Assembly (NCBI GenBank): GCA_032718475.1
Contig: JAUCBJ010003043.1
Span: 2,983-66,982 of the forward strand
Reading direction: 5' to 3'
DNA length: 64,000 nucleotides
Source: Nemertoderma westbladi
Taxonomy: Eukaryota; Animalia; Xenacoelomorpha
Of this stretch, positions 51,701 to 64,000 are shown piece by piece; positions within the stretch are counted from its first letter, which is position 1, and the number at the start of each line of letters is the position of its first letter. The translations under genes were made by a program, and so were the position numbers. Under the pieces are notes generated by a model, which had not been told where the DNA came from, did not search any database, and saw nothing but the letters and a program-made list of their open reading frames with translations.

Positions 51701-54700
51701 GAACGTAGAGGCATTCATAGTAAATGTATGTAGGAATGAACGTAGAGGCATTCATAGTAAATGTATGTAGGAATGAACGTAGAGGCATTCATAGTAAATG
51801 TATGGAGTAGGGAAAGAACGTAGAGGCATTCATAGTAAATGTATGGAGTAGGGAAAGAACGTAGAGGCATTCATAGTAAATGTATGGAGTAGGGAAAGAG
51901 CGTAGAGGCATTCATAGTAAATGTATGGAGTAGGGAAAGATCGTAGAGGCATTCATAGTAAATGAGGAGGGAGAGAACGTAGAGGCATTCATAGTAAATG
52001 TATGTAGGAGGGAAAGAACGTAGAGGCATTCATAGTAAATGTATGTAGGAAAGAACGTAGAGGCATTCATAGTAAATGTATGGAGGAGGGAAAGAACGTA
52101 GAGGCATTCATAGTAAATGTATGTAGGAGGGAAAGAACGTAGAGGCATTCATAGTAAATGTATGTAGGAAAGAACGTAGAGGCATTCATAGTAAATGTAT
52201 GTAGGAATGAACGTAGAGGCATTCATAGTAAATGTATGGAGTAGGGAAAGAACGTAGAGGCATTCATAGTAAATGTATGTAGGAATGAACGTAGAGGCAT
52301 TCATAGTAAATGTATGTAGGAATGAACGTAGAGGCATTCATAGTAAATGTATGTAGGAATGAACGTAGAGGCATTCATAGTAAATGTATGGAGTAGGGAA
52401 AGAACGTAGAGGCATTCATAGTAAATGTATGGAGTAGGGAAAGAGCGTAGAGGCATTCATAGTAAATGTATGGAGTAGGGAAAGATCGTAGAGGCATTCA
52501 TAGTAAATGAGGAGGGAGAGAACGTAGAGGCATTCATAGTAAATGTATGTAGGAGGGAAAGAACGTAGAGGCATTCATAGTAAATGTATGTAGGAAAGAA
52601 CGTAGAGGCATTCATAGTAAATGTATGGAGGAGGGAAAGAACGTAGAGGCATTCATAGTAAATGTATGTAGGAGGGAAAGAACGTAGAGGCATTCATAGT
52701 AAATGTATGTAGGAAAGAACGTAGAGGCATTCATAGTAAATGTATGGAGGAGGGAAAGAACGTAGAGGCATTCATAGTAAATGTATGGAGGAGGGAAAGA
52801 AGATCGTAGAGGCATTCATAGTAAATGTATGGAGTAGGTAAAGAAGATCGTAGAGGCATTCATAGTAAATGTATGGAGTAGGGAAAGAACGTAGAGGCAT
52901 TCATAGTAAATGTATGGAGGAGGGAAAGAACGTAGAGGCATTCATAGTAAATGTATGGAGTAGGGAAAGAAGATCGTAGAGGCATTCATAGTAAATGTAT
53001 GGAGTAGGTAAAGAAGATCGTAGAGGCATTCATAGTAAATGTATGGAGGAGGGAAAGAACGTAGAGGCATTCATAGTAAATGTATGTAGGAAAGAACGTA
53101 GAGGCATTCATAGTAAATGTATGGAGGAGGGAAAGAACGTAGAGGCATTCATAGTAAATGTATGTAGGAGGGAAAGAACGTAGAGGCATTCATAGTAAAT
53201 GTATGTAGGAAAGAACGTAGAGGCATTCATAGTAAATGTATGGAGTAGGGAAAGATCGTAGAGGCATTCATAGTAAATGAGGAGGGAGAGAACGTAGAGG
53301 CATTCATAGTAAATGTATGTAGGAGGGAAAGAACGTAGAGGCATTCATAGTAAATGTATGTAGGAAAGAACGTAGAGGCATTCATAGTAAATGTATGGAG
53401 GAGGGAAAGAACGTAGAGGCATTCATAGTAAATGTATGTAGGAGGGAAAGAACGTAGAGGCATTCATAGTAAATGTATGTAGGAAAGAACGTAGAGGCAT
53501 TCATAGTAAATGTATGGAGGAGGGAAAGAACGTAGAGGCATTCATAGTAAATGTATGGAGGAGGGAAAGAAGATCGTAGAGGCATTCATAGTAAATGTAT
53601 GGAGTAGGTAAAGAAGATCGTAGAGGCATTCATAGTAAATGTATGGAGGAGGGAAAGAACGTAGAGGCATTCATAGTAAATGTATGGAGGAGGGAAAGAA
53701 CGTAGAGGCATTCATAGTAAATGTATGGAGGAGGGAAAGAACGTAGAGGCATTCATAGTAAATGTATGGAGTAGAGAAAGAACGTAGAGGCATTCATAGT
53801 AAATGTATGGAGGAGGGAATGAAGAACGTAGAGGCATTCATAGTAAATGTATGGAGGAGGGAAAGAACGTAGAGGCATTCATAGTAAATGTATGGAGTAG
53901 GGAAAGAACGTAGAGGCATTCATAGTAAATGTATGGAGGAGGGAATGAAGAACGTAGAGGCATTCATAGTAAATGTATGGAGGAGGGAAAGAACGTAGAG
54001 GCATTCATAGTAAATGTATGGAGGAGGGAAAGAACGTAGAGGCATTCATAGTAAATGAGTAGGGGGAGAACGTAGAGGCATTCATAGTAAATGTATGGAG
54101 TAGGGAGAGATCGTAGAGGCATTCATAGTAAATGTATGGAGTAGGGAAAGAACGTAGAGGCATTCATAGTAAATGAGTAGGGAGAGAACGTAGAGGCATT
54201 CATAGTAAATGTATGTAGGAATGAACGTAGAGGCATTCATAGTAAATGTATGTAGGAATGAACGTAGAGGCATTCATAGTAAATGTATGTAGGAATGAAC
54301 GTAGAGGCATTCATAGTAAATGTATGTAGGAAAGATCGTAGAGGCATTCATAGTAAATGTATGTAGGAAAGAACGTAGAGGCATTCATAGTAAATGTATG
54401 TAGGAAAGATCGTAGAGGCATTCATAGTAAATGTATGTAGGAAAGAACGTAGAGGCATTCATAGTAAATGTATGGAGTAGGGAAAGAACGTAGAGGCATT
54501 CATAGTAAATGTATGGAGTAGGGAAAGAACGTAGAGGCATTCATAGTAAATGTATGGAGGAGGGAAAGAACGTAGAGGCATTCATAGTAAATGTATGGAG
54601 TAGGGAAAGAACGTAGAGGCATTCATAGTAAATGTATGGAGGAGGGAAAGAACGTAGAGGCATTCATAGTAAATGTATGGAGGAGGGAATGAAGAACGTA

Positions 54701-57700
54701 GAGGCATTCATAGTAAATGTATGGAGGAGGGAAAGAACGTAGAGGCATTCATAGTAAATGTATGGAGTAGGGAAAGAACGTAGAGGCATTCATAGTAAAT
54801 GTATGGAGGAGGGAAAGAACGTAGAGGCATTCATAGTAAATGTATGGAGTAGGGAAAGAACGTAGAGGCATTCATAGTAAATGTATGGAGTAGGGAAAGA
54901 ACGTAGAGGCATTCATAGTAAATGTATGGAGTAGGGAAAGAACGTAGAGGCATTCATAGTAAATGTATGGAGGAGGGAAAGAACGTAGAGGCATTCATAG
55001 TAAATGTATGGAGTAGGGAAAGAACGTAGAGGCATTCATAGTAAATGTATGGAGGAGGGAAAGAACGTAGAGGCATTCATAGTAAATGTATGGAGTAGGG
55101 AAAGAACGTAGAGGCATTCATAGTAAATGTATGGAGTAGGGAAAGAACGTAGAGGCATTCATAGTAAATGTATGGAGTAGGGAAAGAACGTAGAGGCATT
55201 CATAGTAAATGTATGGAGGAGGGAAAGAACGTAGAGGCATTCATAGTAAATGTATGGAGTAGGGAAAGAACGTAGAGGCATTCATAGTAAATGTATGGAG
55301 TAGGGAAAGAACGTAGAGGCATTCATAGTAAATGTATGGAGTAGGGAAAGAACGTAGAGGCATTCATAGTAAATGTATGGAGTAGGGAAAGAACGTAGAG
55401 GCATTCATAGTAAATGTATGGAGTAGGGAAAGAACGTAGAGGCATTCATAGTAAATGTATGGAGGAGGGAAAGAACGTAGAGGCATTCATAGTAAATGTA
55501 TGGAGGAGGGAAAGAACGTAGAGGCATTCATAGTAAATGTATGGAGGAGGGAAAGAACGTAGAGGCATTCATAGTAAATGTATGGAGTAGGGAAAGAACG
55601 TAGAGGCATTCATAGTAAATGTATGGAGGAGGGAAAGAACGTAGAGGCATTCATAGTAAATGTATGGAGTAGGGAAAGAACGTAGAGGCATTCATAGTAA
55701 ATGTATGGAGGAGGGAAAGAACGTAGAGGCATTCATAGTAAATGTATGTAGGAAAGAACGTAGAGGCATTCATAGTAAATGTATGGAGGAAGGAACGTAG
55801 AGGCATTCATAGTAAATGTATGTAGGAATGAACGTAGAGGCATTCATAGTAAATGTATGTAGGAATGAACGTAGAGGCATTCATAGTAAATGTATGTAGG
55901 AATGAACGTAGAGGCATTCATAGTAAATGTATGTAGGAATGAACGTAGAGGCATTCATAGTAAATGTATGTAGGAATGAACGTAGAGGCATTCATAGTAA
56001 ATGTATGTAGGAATGAGCGTAGAGGCATTCATAGTAAATGTATGTAGGAATGAACGTAGAGGCATTCATAGTAAATGTATGTAGGAATGAACGTAGAGGC
56101 ATTCATAGTAAATGTATGTAGGAAGGAACGTAGAGGCATTCATAGTAAATGTATGTAGGAATGAACGTAGAGGCATTCATAGTAAATGTATGTAGGAATG
56201 AACGTAGAGGCATTCATAGTAAATGTATGTAGGAATGAACGTAGAGGCATTCATAGTAAATGTATGTAGGAATGAACGTAGAGGCATTCATAGTAAATGT
56301 ATGTAGGAATGAACGTAGAGGCATTCATAGTAAATGTATGTAGGAATGAGCGTAGAGGCATTCATAGTAAATGTATGTAGGAATGAACGTAGAGGCATTC
56401 ATAGTAAATGTATGTAGGAATGAACGTAGAGGCATTCATAGTAAATGTATGTAGGAATGAACGTAGAGGCATTCATAGTAAATGTATGTAGGAATGAACG
56501 TAGAGGCATTCATAGTAAATGTATGTAGGAATGAACGTAGAGGCATTCATAGTAAATGTATGTAGGAAAGATCGTAGAGGCATTCATAGTAAATGTATGT
56601 AGGAAAGAACGTAGAGGCATTCATAGTAAATGTATGTAGGAATGAACGTAGAGGCATTCATAGTAAATGTTTGTAGGAATGAACGTAGAGGCATTCATAG
56701 TAAATGTATGTAGGAAAGAACGTAGAGGCATTCATAGTAAATGTATGTAGGAATGAACGTAGAGGCATTCATAGTAAATGTATGTAGGAATGAACGTAGA
56801 GGCATTCATAGTAAATGTATGTAGGAAAGAACGTAGAGGCATTCATAGTAAATGTATGGAGTAGGGAAAGAACGTAGAGGCATTCATAGTAAATGTATGT
56901 AGGAAAGATCGTAGAGGCATTCATAGTAAATGTATGTAGGAAAGAACGTAGAGGCATTCATAGTAAATGTATGGAGTAGGGAAAGAACGTAGAGGCATTC
57001 ATAGTAAATGTATGTAGGAAAGAACGTAGAGGCATTCATAGTAAATGTATGTAGGAATGAACGTAGAGGCATTCATAGTAAATGTATGTAGGAATGAACG
57101 TAGAGGCATTCATAGTAAATGTATGTAGGAATGAACGTAGAGGCATTCATAGTAAATGTATGTAGGAATGAACGTAGAGGCATTCATAGTAAATGTATGT
57201 AGGAATGAACGTAGAGGCATTCATAGTAAATGTATGTAGGAATGAACGTAGAGGCATTCATAGTAAATGTATGTAGGAATGAACGTAGAGGCATTCATAG
57301 TAAATGTATGTAGGAATGAACGTAGAGGCATTCATAGTAAATGTATGTAGGAATGAACGTAGAGGCATTCATAGTAAATGTATGTAGGAATGAACGTAGA
57401 GGCATTCATAGTAAATGTATGTAGGAATGAACGTAGAGGCATTCATAGTAAATGTATGTAGGAATGAACGTAGAGGCATTCATAGTAAATGTATGTAGGA
57501 ATGAACGTAGAGGCATTCATAGTAAATGTATGTAGGAATGAACGTAGAGGCATTCATAGTAAATGTATGTAGGAATGAACGTAGAGGCATTCATAGTAAA
57601 TGTATGTAGGAATGAACGTAGAGGCATTCATAGTAAATGTATGTAGGAATGAACGTAGAGGCATTCATAGTAAATGTATGTAGGAATGAACGTAGAGGCA

Positions 57701-60700
57701 TTCATAGTAAATGTATGTAGGAATGAACGTAGAGGCATTCATAGTAAATGTATGTAGGAATGAACGTAGAGGCATTCATAGTAAATGTATGTAGGAATGA
57801 ACGTAGAGGCATTCATAGTAAATGTATGTAGGAATGAACGTAGAGGCATTCATAGTAAATGAGTAGGGGGAGAACGTAGAGGCATTCATAGTAAATGTAT
57901 GGAGGAGGGAAAGAACGTAGAGGCATTCATAGTAAATGTATGTAGGAATGAACGTAGAGGCATTCATAGTAAATGTATGTAGGAATGAACGTAGAGGCAT
58001 TCATAGTAAATGTATGTAGGAATGAACGTAGAGGCATTCATAGTAAATGTATGTAGGAAAGAACGTAGAGGCATTCATAGTAAATGTATGTAGGAAAGAA
58101 CGTAGAGGCATTCATAGTAAATGTATGTAGGAATGAACGTAGAGGCATTCATAGTAAATGTATGTAGGAATGAACGTAGAGGCATTCATAGTAAATGTAT
58201 GTAGGAAAGAACGTAGAGGCATTCATAGTAAATGTATGTAGGAAAGAACGTAGAGGCATTCATAGTAAATGTATGTAGGAATGAACGTAGAGGCATTCAT
58301 AGTAAATGTATGTAGGAATGAACGTAGAGGCATTCATAGTAAATGTATGTAGGAAAGAACGTAGAGGCATTCATAGTAAATGTATGTAGGAATGAACGTA
58401 GAGGCATTCATAGTAAATGTATGTAGGAAAGAACGTAGAGGCATTCATAGTAAATGTATGGAGTAGGGAAAGAACGTAGAGGCATTCATAGTAAATGTAT
58501 GTAGGAATGAACGTAGAGGCATTCATAGTAAATGTATGGAGTAGGGAAAGAACGTAGAGGCATTCATAGTAAATGTATGTAGGAATGAACGTAGAGGCAT
58601 TCATAGTAAATGTATGTAGGAATGAACGTAGAGGCATTCATAGTAAATGTATGTAGGAAAGAACGTAGAGGCATTCATAGTAAATGTATGTAGGAAAGAA
58701 CGTAGAGGCATTCATAGTAAATGTATGGAGGAGGGAAAGAACGTAGAGGCATTCATAGTAAATGTATGTAGGAAAGAACGTAGAGGCATTCATAGTAAAT
58801 GTATGTAGGAATGAACGTAGAGGCATTCATAGTAAATGTATGTAGGAATGAACGTAGAGGCATTCATAGTAAATGTATGTAGGAAAGAACGTAGAGGCAT
58901 TCATAGTAAATGTATGTAGGAAAGAACGTAGAGGCATTCATAGTAAATGTATGTAGGAAAGAACGTAGAGGCATTCATAGTAAATGTATGTAGGAAAGAA
59001 CGTAGAGGCATTCATAGTAAATGTATGTAGGAAAGAACGTAGAGGCATTCATAGTAAATGTATGTAGGAAAGAACGTAGAGGCATTCATAGTAAATGAGG
59101 AGGGAATGAACGTAGAGGCATTCATAGTAAATGTATGTAGGAAAGAACGTAGAGGCATTCATAGTAAATGTATGTAGGAATGAACGTAGAGGCATTCATA
59201 GTAAATGTATGTAGGAATGAACGTAGAGGCATTCATAGTAAATGTATGTAGGAATGAACGTAGAGGCATTCATAGTAAATGTATGTAGGAATGAACGTAG
59301 AGGCATTCATAGTAAATGTATGTAGGAAAGAACGTAGAGGCATTCATAGTAAATGTATGTAGGAAAGAACGTAGAGGCATTCATAGTAAATGTATGTAGG
59401 AAAGAACGTAGAGGCATTCATAGTAAATGTATGTAGGAAAGAACGTAGAGGCATTCATAGTAAATGTATGTAGGAAAGAACGTAGAGGCATTCATAGTAA
59501 ATGTATGTAGGAAAGAACGTAGAGGCATTCATAGTAAATGAGGAGGGAATGAACGTAGAGGCATTCATAGTAAATGTATGTAGGAAAGAACGTAGAGGCA
59601 TTCATAGTAAATGTATGTAGGAATGAACGTAGAGGCATTCATAGTAAATGTATGTAGGAATGAACGTAGAGGCATTCATAGTAAATGTATGAAGTAGGGA
59701 ATGAAGATCGTAGAGGCATTCATAGTAAATGTATGGAGGAGGGAAAGAACGTAGAGGCATTCATAGTAAATGTATGTAGGAAAGAACGTAGAGGCATTCA
59801 TAGTAAATGTATGTAGGAAAGAACGTAGAGGCATTCATAGTAAATGTATGTAGGAAAGAACGTAGAGGCATTCATAGTAAATGTATGTAGGAAAGAACGT
59901 AGAGGCATTCATAGTAAATGTATGGAGTAGGAAGAGAACGTAGAGGCATTCATAGTAAATGTATGTAGGAAAGAACGTAGAGGCATTCATAGTAAATGTA
60001 TGTAGGAAAGAACGTAGAGGCATTCATAGTAAATGTATGGAGTAGGGAAAGAACGTAGAGGCATTCATAGTAAATGTATGTAGGAAAGAACGTAGAGGCA
60101 TTCATAGTAAATGTATGTAGGAAAGAACGTAGAGGCATTCATAGTAAATGTATGTAGGAAAGAACGTAGAGGCATTCATAGTAAATGTATGTAGGAAAGA
60201 ACGTAGAGGCATTCATAGTAAATGTATGTAGGAAAGAACGTAGAGGCATTCATAGTAAATGTATGTAGGAAAGAACGTAGAGGCATTCATAGTAAATGTA
60301 TGTAGGAAAGAACGTAGAGGCATTCATAGTAAATGTATGTAGGAAAGAACGTAGAGGCATTCATAGTAAATGTATGGAGTAGGGAAAGAACGTAGAGGCA
60401 TTCATAGTAAATGTATGTAGGAATGAACGTAGAGGCATTCATAGTAAATGTATGTAGGAAAGAACGTAGAGGCATTCATAGTAAATGTATGGAGTAGGGA
60501 AAGAACGTAGAGGCATTCATAGTAAATGTATGTAGGAAAGAACGTAGAGGCATTCATAGTAAATGTATGGAGTAGGGAAAGAACGTAGAGGCATTCATAG
60601 TAAATGTATGTAGGAATGAACGTAGAGGCATTCATAGTAAATGTATGTAGGAAAGAACGTAGAGGCATTCATAGTAAATGTATGGAGTAGGGAAAGAACG

Positions 60701-63700
60701 TAGAGGCATTCATAGTAAATGTATGTAGGAATGAACGTAGAGGCATTCATAGTAAATGAGGAGGGAATGAACGTAGAGGCATTCATAGTAAATGTATGGA
60801 GTAGGGAAAGAACGTAGAGGCATTCATAGTAAATGTATGTAGGAATGAACGTAGAGGCATTCATAGTAAATGTATGTAGGAATGAACGTAGAGGCATTCA
60901 TAGTAAATGTATGTAGGAAAGAACGTAGAGGCATTCATAGTAAATGTATGTAGGAAAGAACGTAGAGGCATTCATAGTAAATGTATGGAGGAGGGAAAGA
61001 ACGTAGAGGCATTCATAGTAAATGTATGTAGGAAAGAACGTAGAGGCATTCATAGTAAATGTATGTAGGAAAGAACGTAGAGGCATTCATAGTAAATGTA
61101 TGTAGGAAAGAACGTAGAGGCATTCATAGTAAATGTATGGAGTAGGGAAAGAACGTAGAGGCATTCATAGTAAATGTATGGAGTAGGGAGAGAACGTAGA
61201 GGCATTCATAGTAAATGTATGGAGTAGGGAAAGAACGTAGAGGCATTCATAGTAAATGTATGGAGGAGGGAATGAAGAACGTAGAGGCATTCATAGTAAA
61301 TGTATGTAGGAATGAACGTAGAGGCATTCATAGTAAATGTATGTAGGAATGAACGTAGAGGCATTCATAGTAAATGTATGTAGGAAAGAACGTAGAGGCA
61401 TTCATAGTAAATGTATGGAGTAGGGAAAGAACGTAGAGGCATTCATAGTAAATGTATGTAGGAAAGAACGTAGAGGCATTCATAGTAAATGTATGTAGGA
61501 AAGAACGTAGAGGCATTCATAGTAAATGTATGGAGTAGGGAAAGAACGTAGAGGCATTCATAGTAAATGTATGTAGGAATGAACGTAGAGGCATTCATAG
61601 TAAATGTATGTAGGAGGGAATGAAGAACGTAGAGGCATTCATAGTAAATGTATGGAGTAGGGAAAGAACGTAGAGGCATTCATAGTAAATGTATGGAGGA
61701 GGGAAAGATCGTAGAGGCATTCATAGTAAATGTATGTAGGAATGAACGTAGAGGCATTCATAGTAAATGTATGTAGGAATGAACGTAGAGGCATTCATAG
61801 TAAATGTATGTAGGAATGAACGTAGAGGCATTCATAGTAAATGTATGTAGGAAAGAACGTAGAGGCATTCATAGTAAATGTATGTAGGAAAGAACGTAGA
61901 GGCATTCATAGTAAATGTATGTAGGAAAGATCGTAGAGGCATTCATAGTAAATGTATGTAGGAATGAACGTAGAGGCATTCATAGTAAATGTATGTAGGA
62001 ATGAACGTAGAGGCATTCATAGTAAATGTATGTAGGAAAGAACGTAGAGGCATTCATAGTAAATGTATGTAGGAATGAACGTAGAGGCATTCATAGTAAA
62101 TGTATGTAGGAAAGAACGTAGAGGCATTCATAGTAAATGTATGTAGGAAAGAACGTAGAGGCATTCATAGTAAATGTATGTAGGAATGAACGTAGAGGCA
62201 TTCATAGTAAATGTATGTAGGAGGGACGGAGCGTAGAGGCATTCATAGTAAATGTATGGAGTAGGGAAAGAACGTAGAGGCATTCATAGTAAATGTATGG
62301 AGTAGGGAAAGAACGTAGAGGCATTCATAGTAAATGTATGGAGTAGGGAAAGAACGTAGAGGCATTCATAGTAAATGTATGGAGGAGGGAAAGAACGTAG
62401 AGGCATTCATAGTAAATGTATGGAGGAGGGAAAGAACGTAGAGGCATTCATAGTAAATGTATGGAGTAGGGAAAGAACGTAGAGGCATTCATAGTAAATG
62501 TATGTAGGAGGGACGGAACGTAGAGGCATTCATAGTAAATGTATGTAGGAATGAACGTAGAGGCATTCATAGTAAATGTATGTAGGAAAGAACGTAGAGG
62601 CATTCATAGTAAATGTATGTAGGAAAGAACGTAGAGGCATTCATAGTAAATGTATGTAGGAATGAACGTAGAGGCATTCATAGTAAATGTATGTAGGAGG
62701 GACGGAGCGTAGAGGCATTCATAGTAAATGTATGGAGTAGGGAAAGAACGTAGAGGCATTCATAGTAAATGTATGGAGGAGGGAAAGAACGTAGAGGCAT
62801 TCATAGTAAATGTATGGAGTAGGGAAAGAACGTAGAGGCATTCATAGTAAATGTATGGAGTAGGGAAAGAACGTAGAGGCATTCATAGTAAATGTATGGA
62901 GGAGGGAAAGAACGTAGAGGCATTCATAGTAAATGTATGGAGTAGGGAAAGAACGTAGAGGCATTCATAGTAAATGTATGGAGGAGGGAAAGAACGTAGA
63001 GGCATTCATAGTAAATGTATGGAGGAGGGAAAGAACGTAGAGGCATTCATAGTAAATGTATGGAGTAGGGAAAGAACGTAGAGGCATTCATAGTAAATGT
63101 ATGTAGGAGGGACGGAACGTAGAGGCATTCATAGTAAATGTATGTAGGAATGAACGTAGAGGCATTCATAGTAAATGTATGTAGGAAAGAACGTAGAGGC
63201 ATTCATAGTAAATGTATGTAGGAAAGAACGTAGAGGCATTCATAGTAAATGTATGTAGGAATGAACGTAGAGGCATTCATAGTAAATGTATGTAGGAGGG
63301 ACGGAGCGTAGAGGCATTCATAGTAAATGTATGGAGTAGGGAAAGAACGTAGAGGCATTCATAGTAAATGTATGTAGGAAAGAACGTAGAGGCATTCATA
63401 GTAAATGTATGTAGGAATGAACGTAGAGGCATTCATAGTAAATGTATGTAGGAGGGACGGAGCGTAGAGGCATTCATAGTAAATGTATGGAGTAGGGAAA
63501 GAACGTAGAGGCATTCATAGTAAATGTATGTAGGAATGAACGTAGAGGCATTCATAGTAAATGTATGTAGGAAAGAACGTAGAGGCATTCATAGTAAATG
63601 TATGTAGGAAAGAACGTAGAGGCATTCATAGTAAATGTATGTAGGAATGAACGTAGAGGCATTCATAGTAAATGTATGTAGGAGGGACGGAGCGTAGAGG

Positions 63701-64000
63701 CATTCATAGTAAATGTATGGAGTAGGGAAAGAACGTAGAGGCATTCATAGTAAATGTATGTAGGAATGAACGTAGAGGCATTCATAGTAAATGTATGTAG
63801 GAAAGAACGTAGAGGCATTCATAGTAAATGTATGTAGGAATGAACGTAGAGGCATTCATAGTAAATGTATGTAGGAGGGACGGAGCGTAGAGGCATTCAT
63901 AGTAAATGTATGGAGTAGGGAAAGAACGTAGAGGCATTCATAGTAAATGTATGTAGGAATGAACGTAGAGGCATTCATAGTAAATGTATGTAGGAAAGAA
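42781..64000 (+). repeat. Array domain B, dominated by 37-bp units with 36- and 41-bp units; 44-bp units rare
   Basis: TATGTAGGAA(T/A)GAA units dominate from ~42.8 kb, with pure runs at ~50730-51230 and ~57030-57840. A 41-bp island lies at ~54470-55730. Confidence 0.85.
45830..48070 (+). repeat. Local higher-order repeat: 113-bp trimer (36+36+41) carrying the core variant TAGTAAGTG
   Basis: AGGAGGGAGAGAA, AGTAGGGGGAGAA and AAGTGTATGGAGTAGGGAGAGAA cycle in order. ORF-track spacing is 113 bp (45787/45900/46013 and 47280/47393/47506). Confidence 0.85.

Larger units (their letters stand above)
3055..64000 (+). repeat. Satellite/minisatellite tandem array, ~61 kb, ~1,500 units of 36-44 bp; continues past the window end
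   Basis: Core CGTAGAGGCATTCATAGTAAATG is followed by variable segments such as TATGGAGTAGGGAAAGAA (41-bp unit), TATGGAGGAGGGAATGAAGAA (44), TATGTAGGAATGAA (37), AGTAGGGGGAGAA (36) and TATGGAGTAGGAAGGAA (40). All units are head-to-tail and I saw no foreign insertions or inversions. Copy number is length divided by ~40. Confidence 0.99.

Noticed and set aside
8874-61679. Numerous short ORFs (MPLRS..., YIYYECLY..., HTFTMNAST...)
   Set aside because: These are translations of the satellite. The minus-strand core contains ATG and a single TGA, so mixed unit lengths generate ORFs by chance, and unit lengths of 37, 40, 41 and 44 do not preserve frame.
3055-64000. CRISPR array (constant 23-bp repeat plus variable spacers)
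   Set aside because: The spacers are only 13-21 bp, are all variants of one sequence and recur many times. No cas genes are present and the context is a eukaryotic transposon.
3055-64000. Canonical telomeric repeat, CENP-B box or G-quadruplex array
   Set aside because: There are no TTAGG/TTAGGG tandem runs and no match to the CENP-B box (TTCG....A..CGGG). There is at most one G3+ run per ~40-bp unit, too widely spaced for a standard G4.
3055-64000. Bacterial Shine-Dalgarno-like GGAGG motifs in the units
   Set aside because: They are part of the purine tract of the repeat and have no downstream genes.

Overview
The window has two parts and looks eukaryotic, most likely invertebrate animal (inferred from the protein types). 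Bases 1-3054 are the 3' end of a probable CMC/EnSpm (CACTA-superfamily) DNA transposon. This part holds the C-terminus of a transposase-like ORF (open from base 1 to 453), an intact ~518-aa accessory ORF (N-terminal Cys/His cluster, SAMD3-like C-terminus), an AT-rich subterminal region with short repeats, and a terminus ...TTTTTTGAGTG (5'-CACTCAAAAAA on the minus strand). Bases 3055-64000 are one uninterrupted, single-orientation tandem array of roughly 1,500 units. Each unit is a nearly invariant 23-bp core (CGTAGAGGCATTCATAGTAAATG) plus a purine-rich 13-21 bp variable segment, giving mainly 36/37/40/41/44-bp units. The array starts mid-core at a TA immediately after the transposon terminus, as expected if the element inserted into the satellite with a TA target duplication. 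The array has domains, local higher-order repeats and nested kb-scale duplications. All ORFs in the array are repeat artefacts, and it is not a CRISPR array. Protein family calls are from motif recognition by eye, not from database searches.
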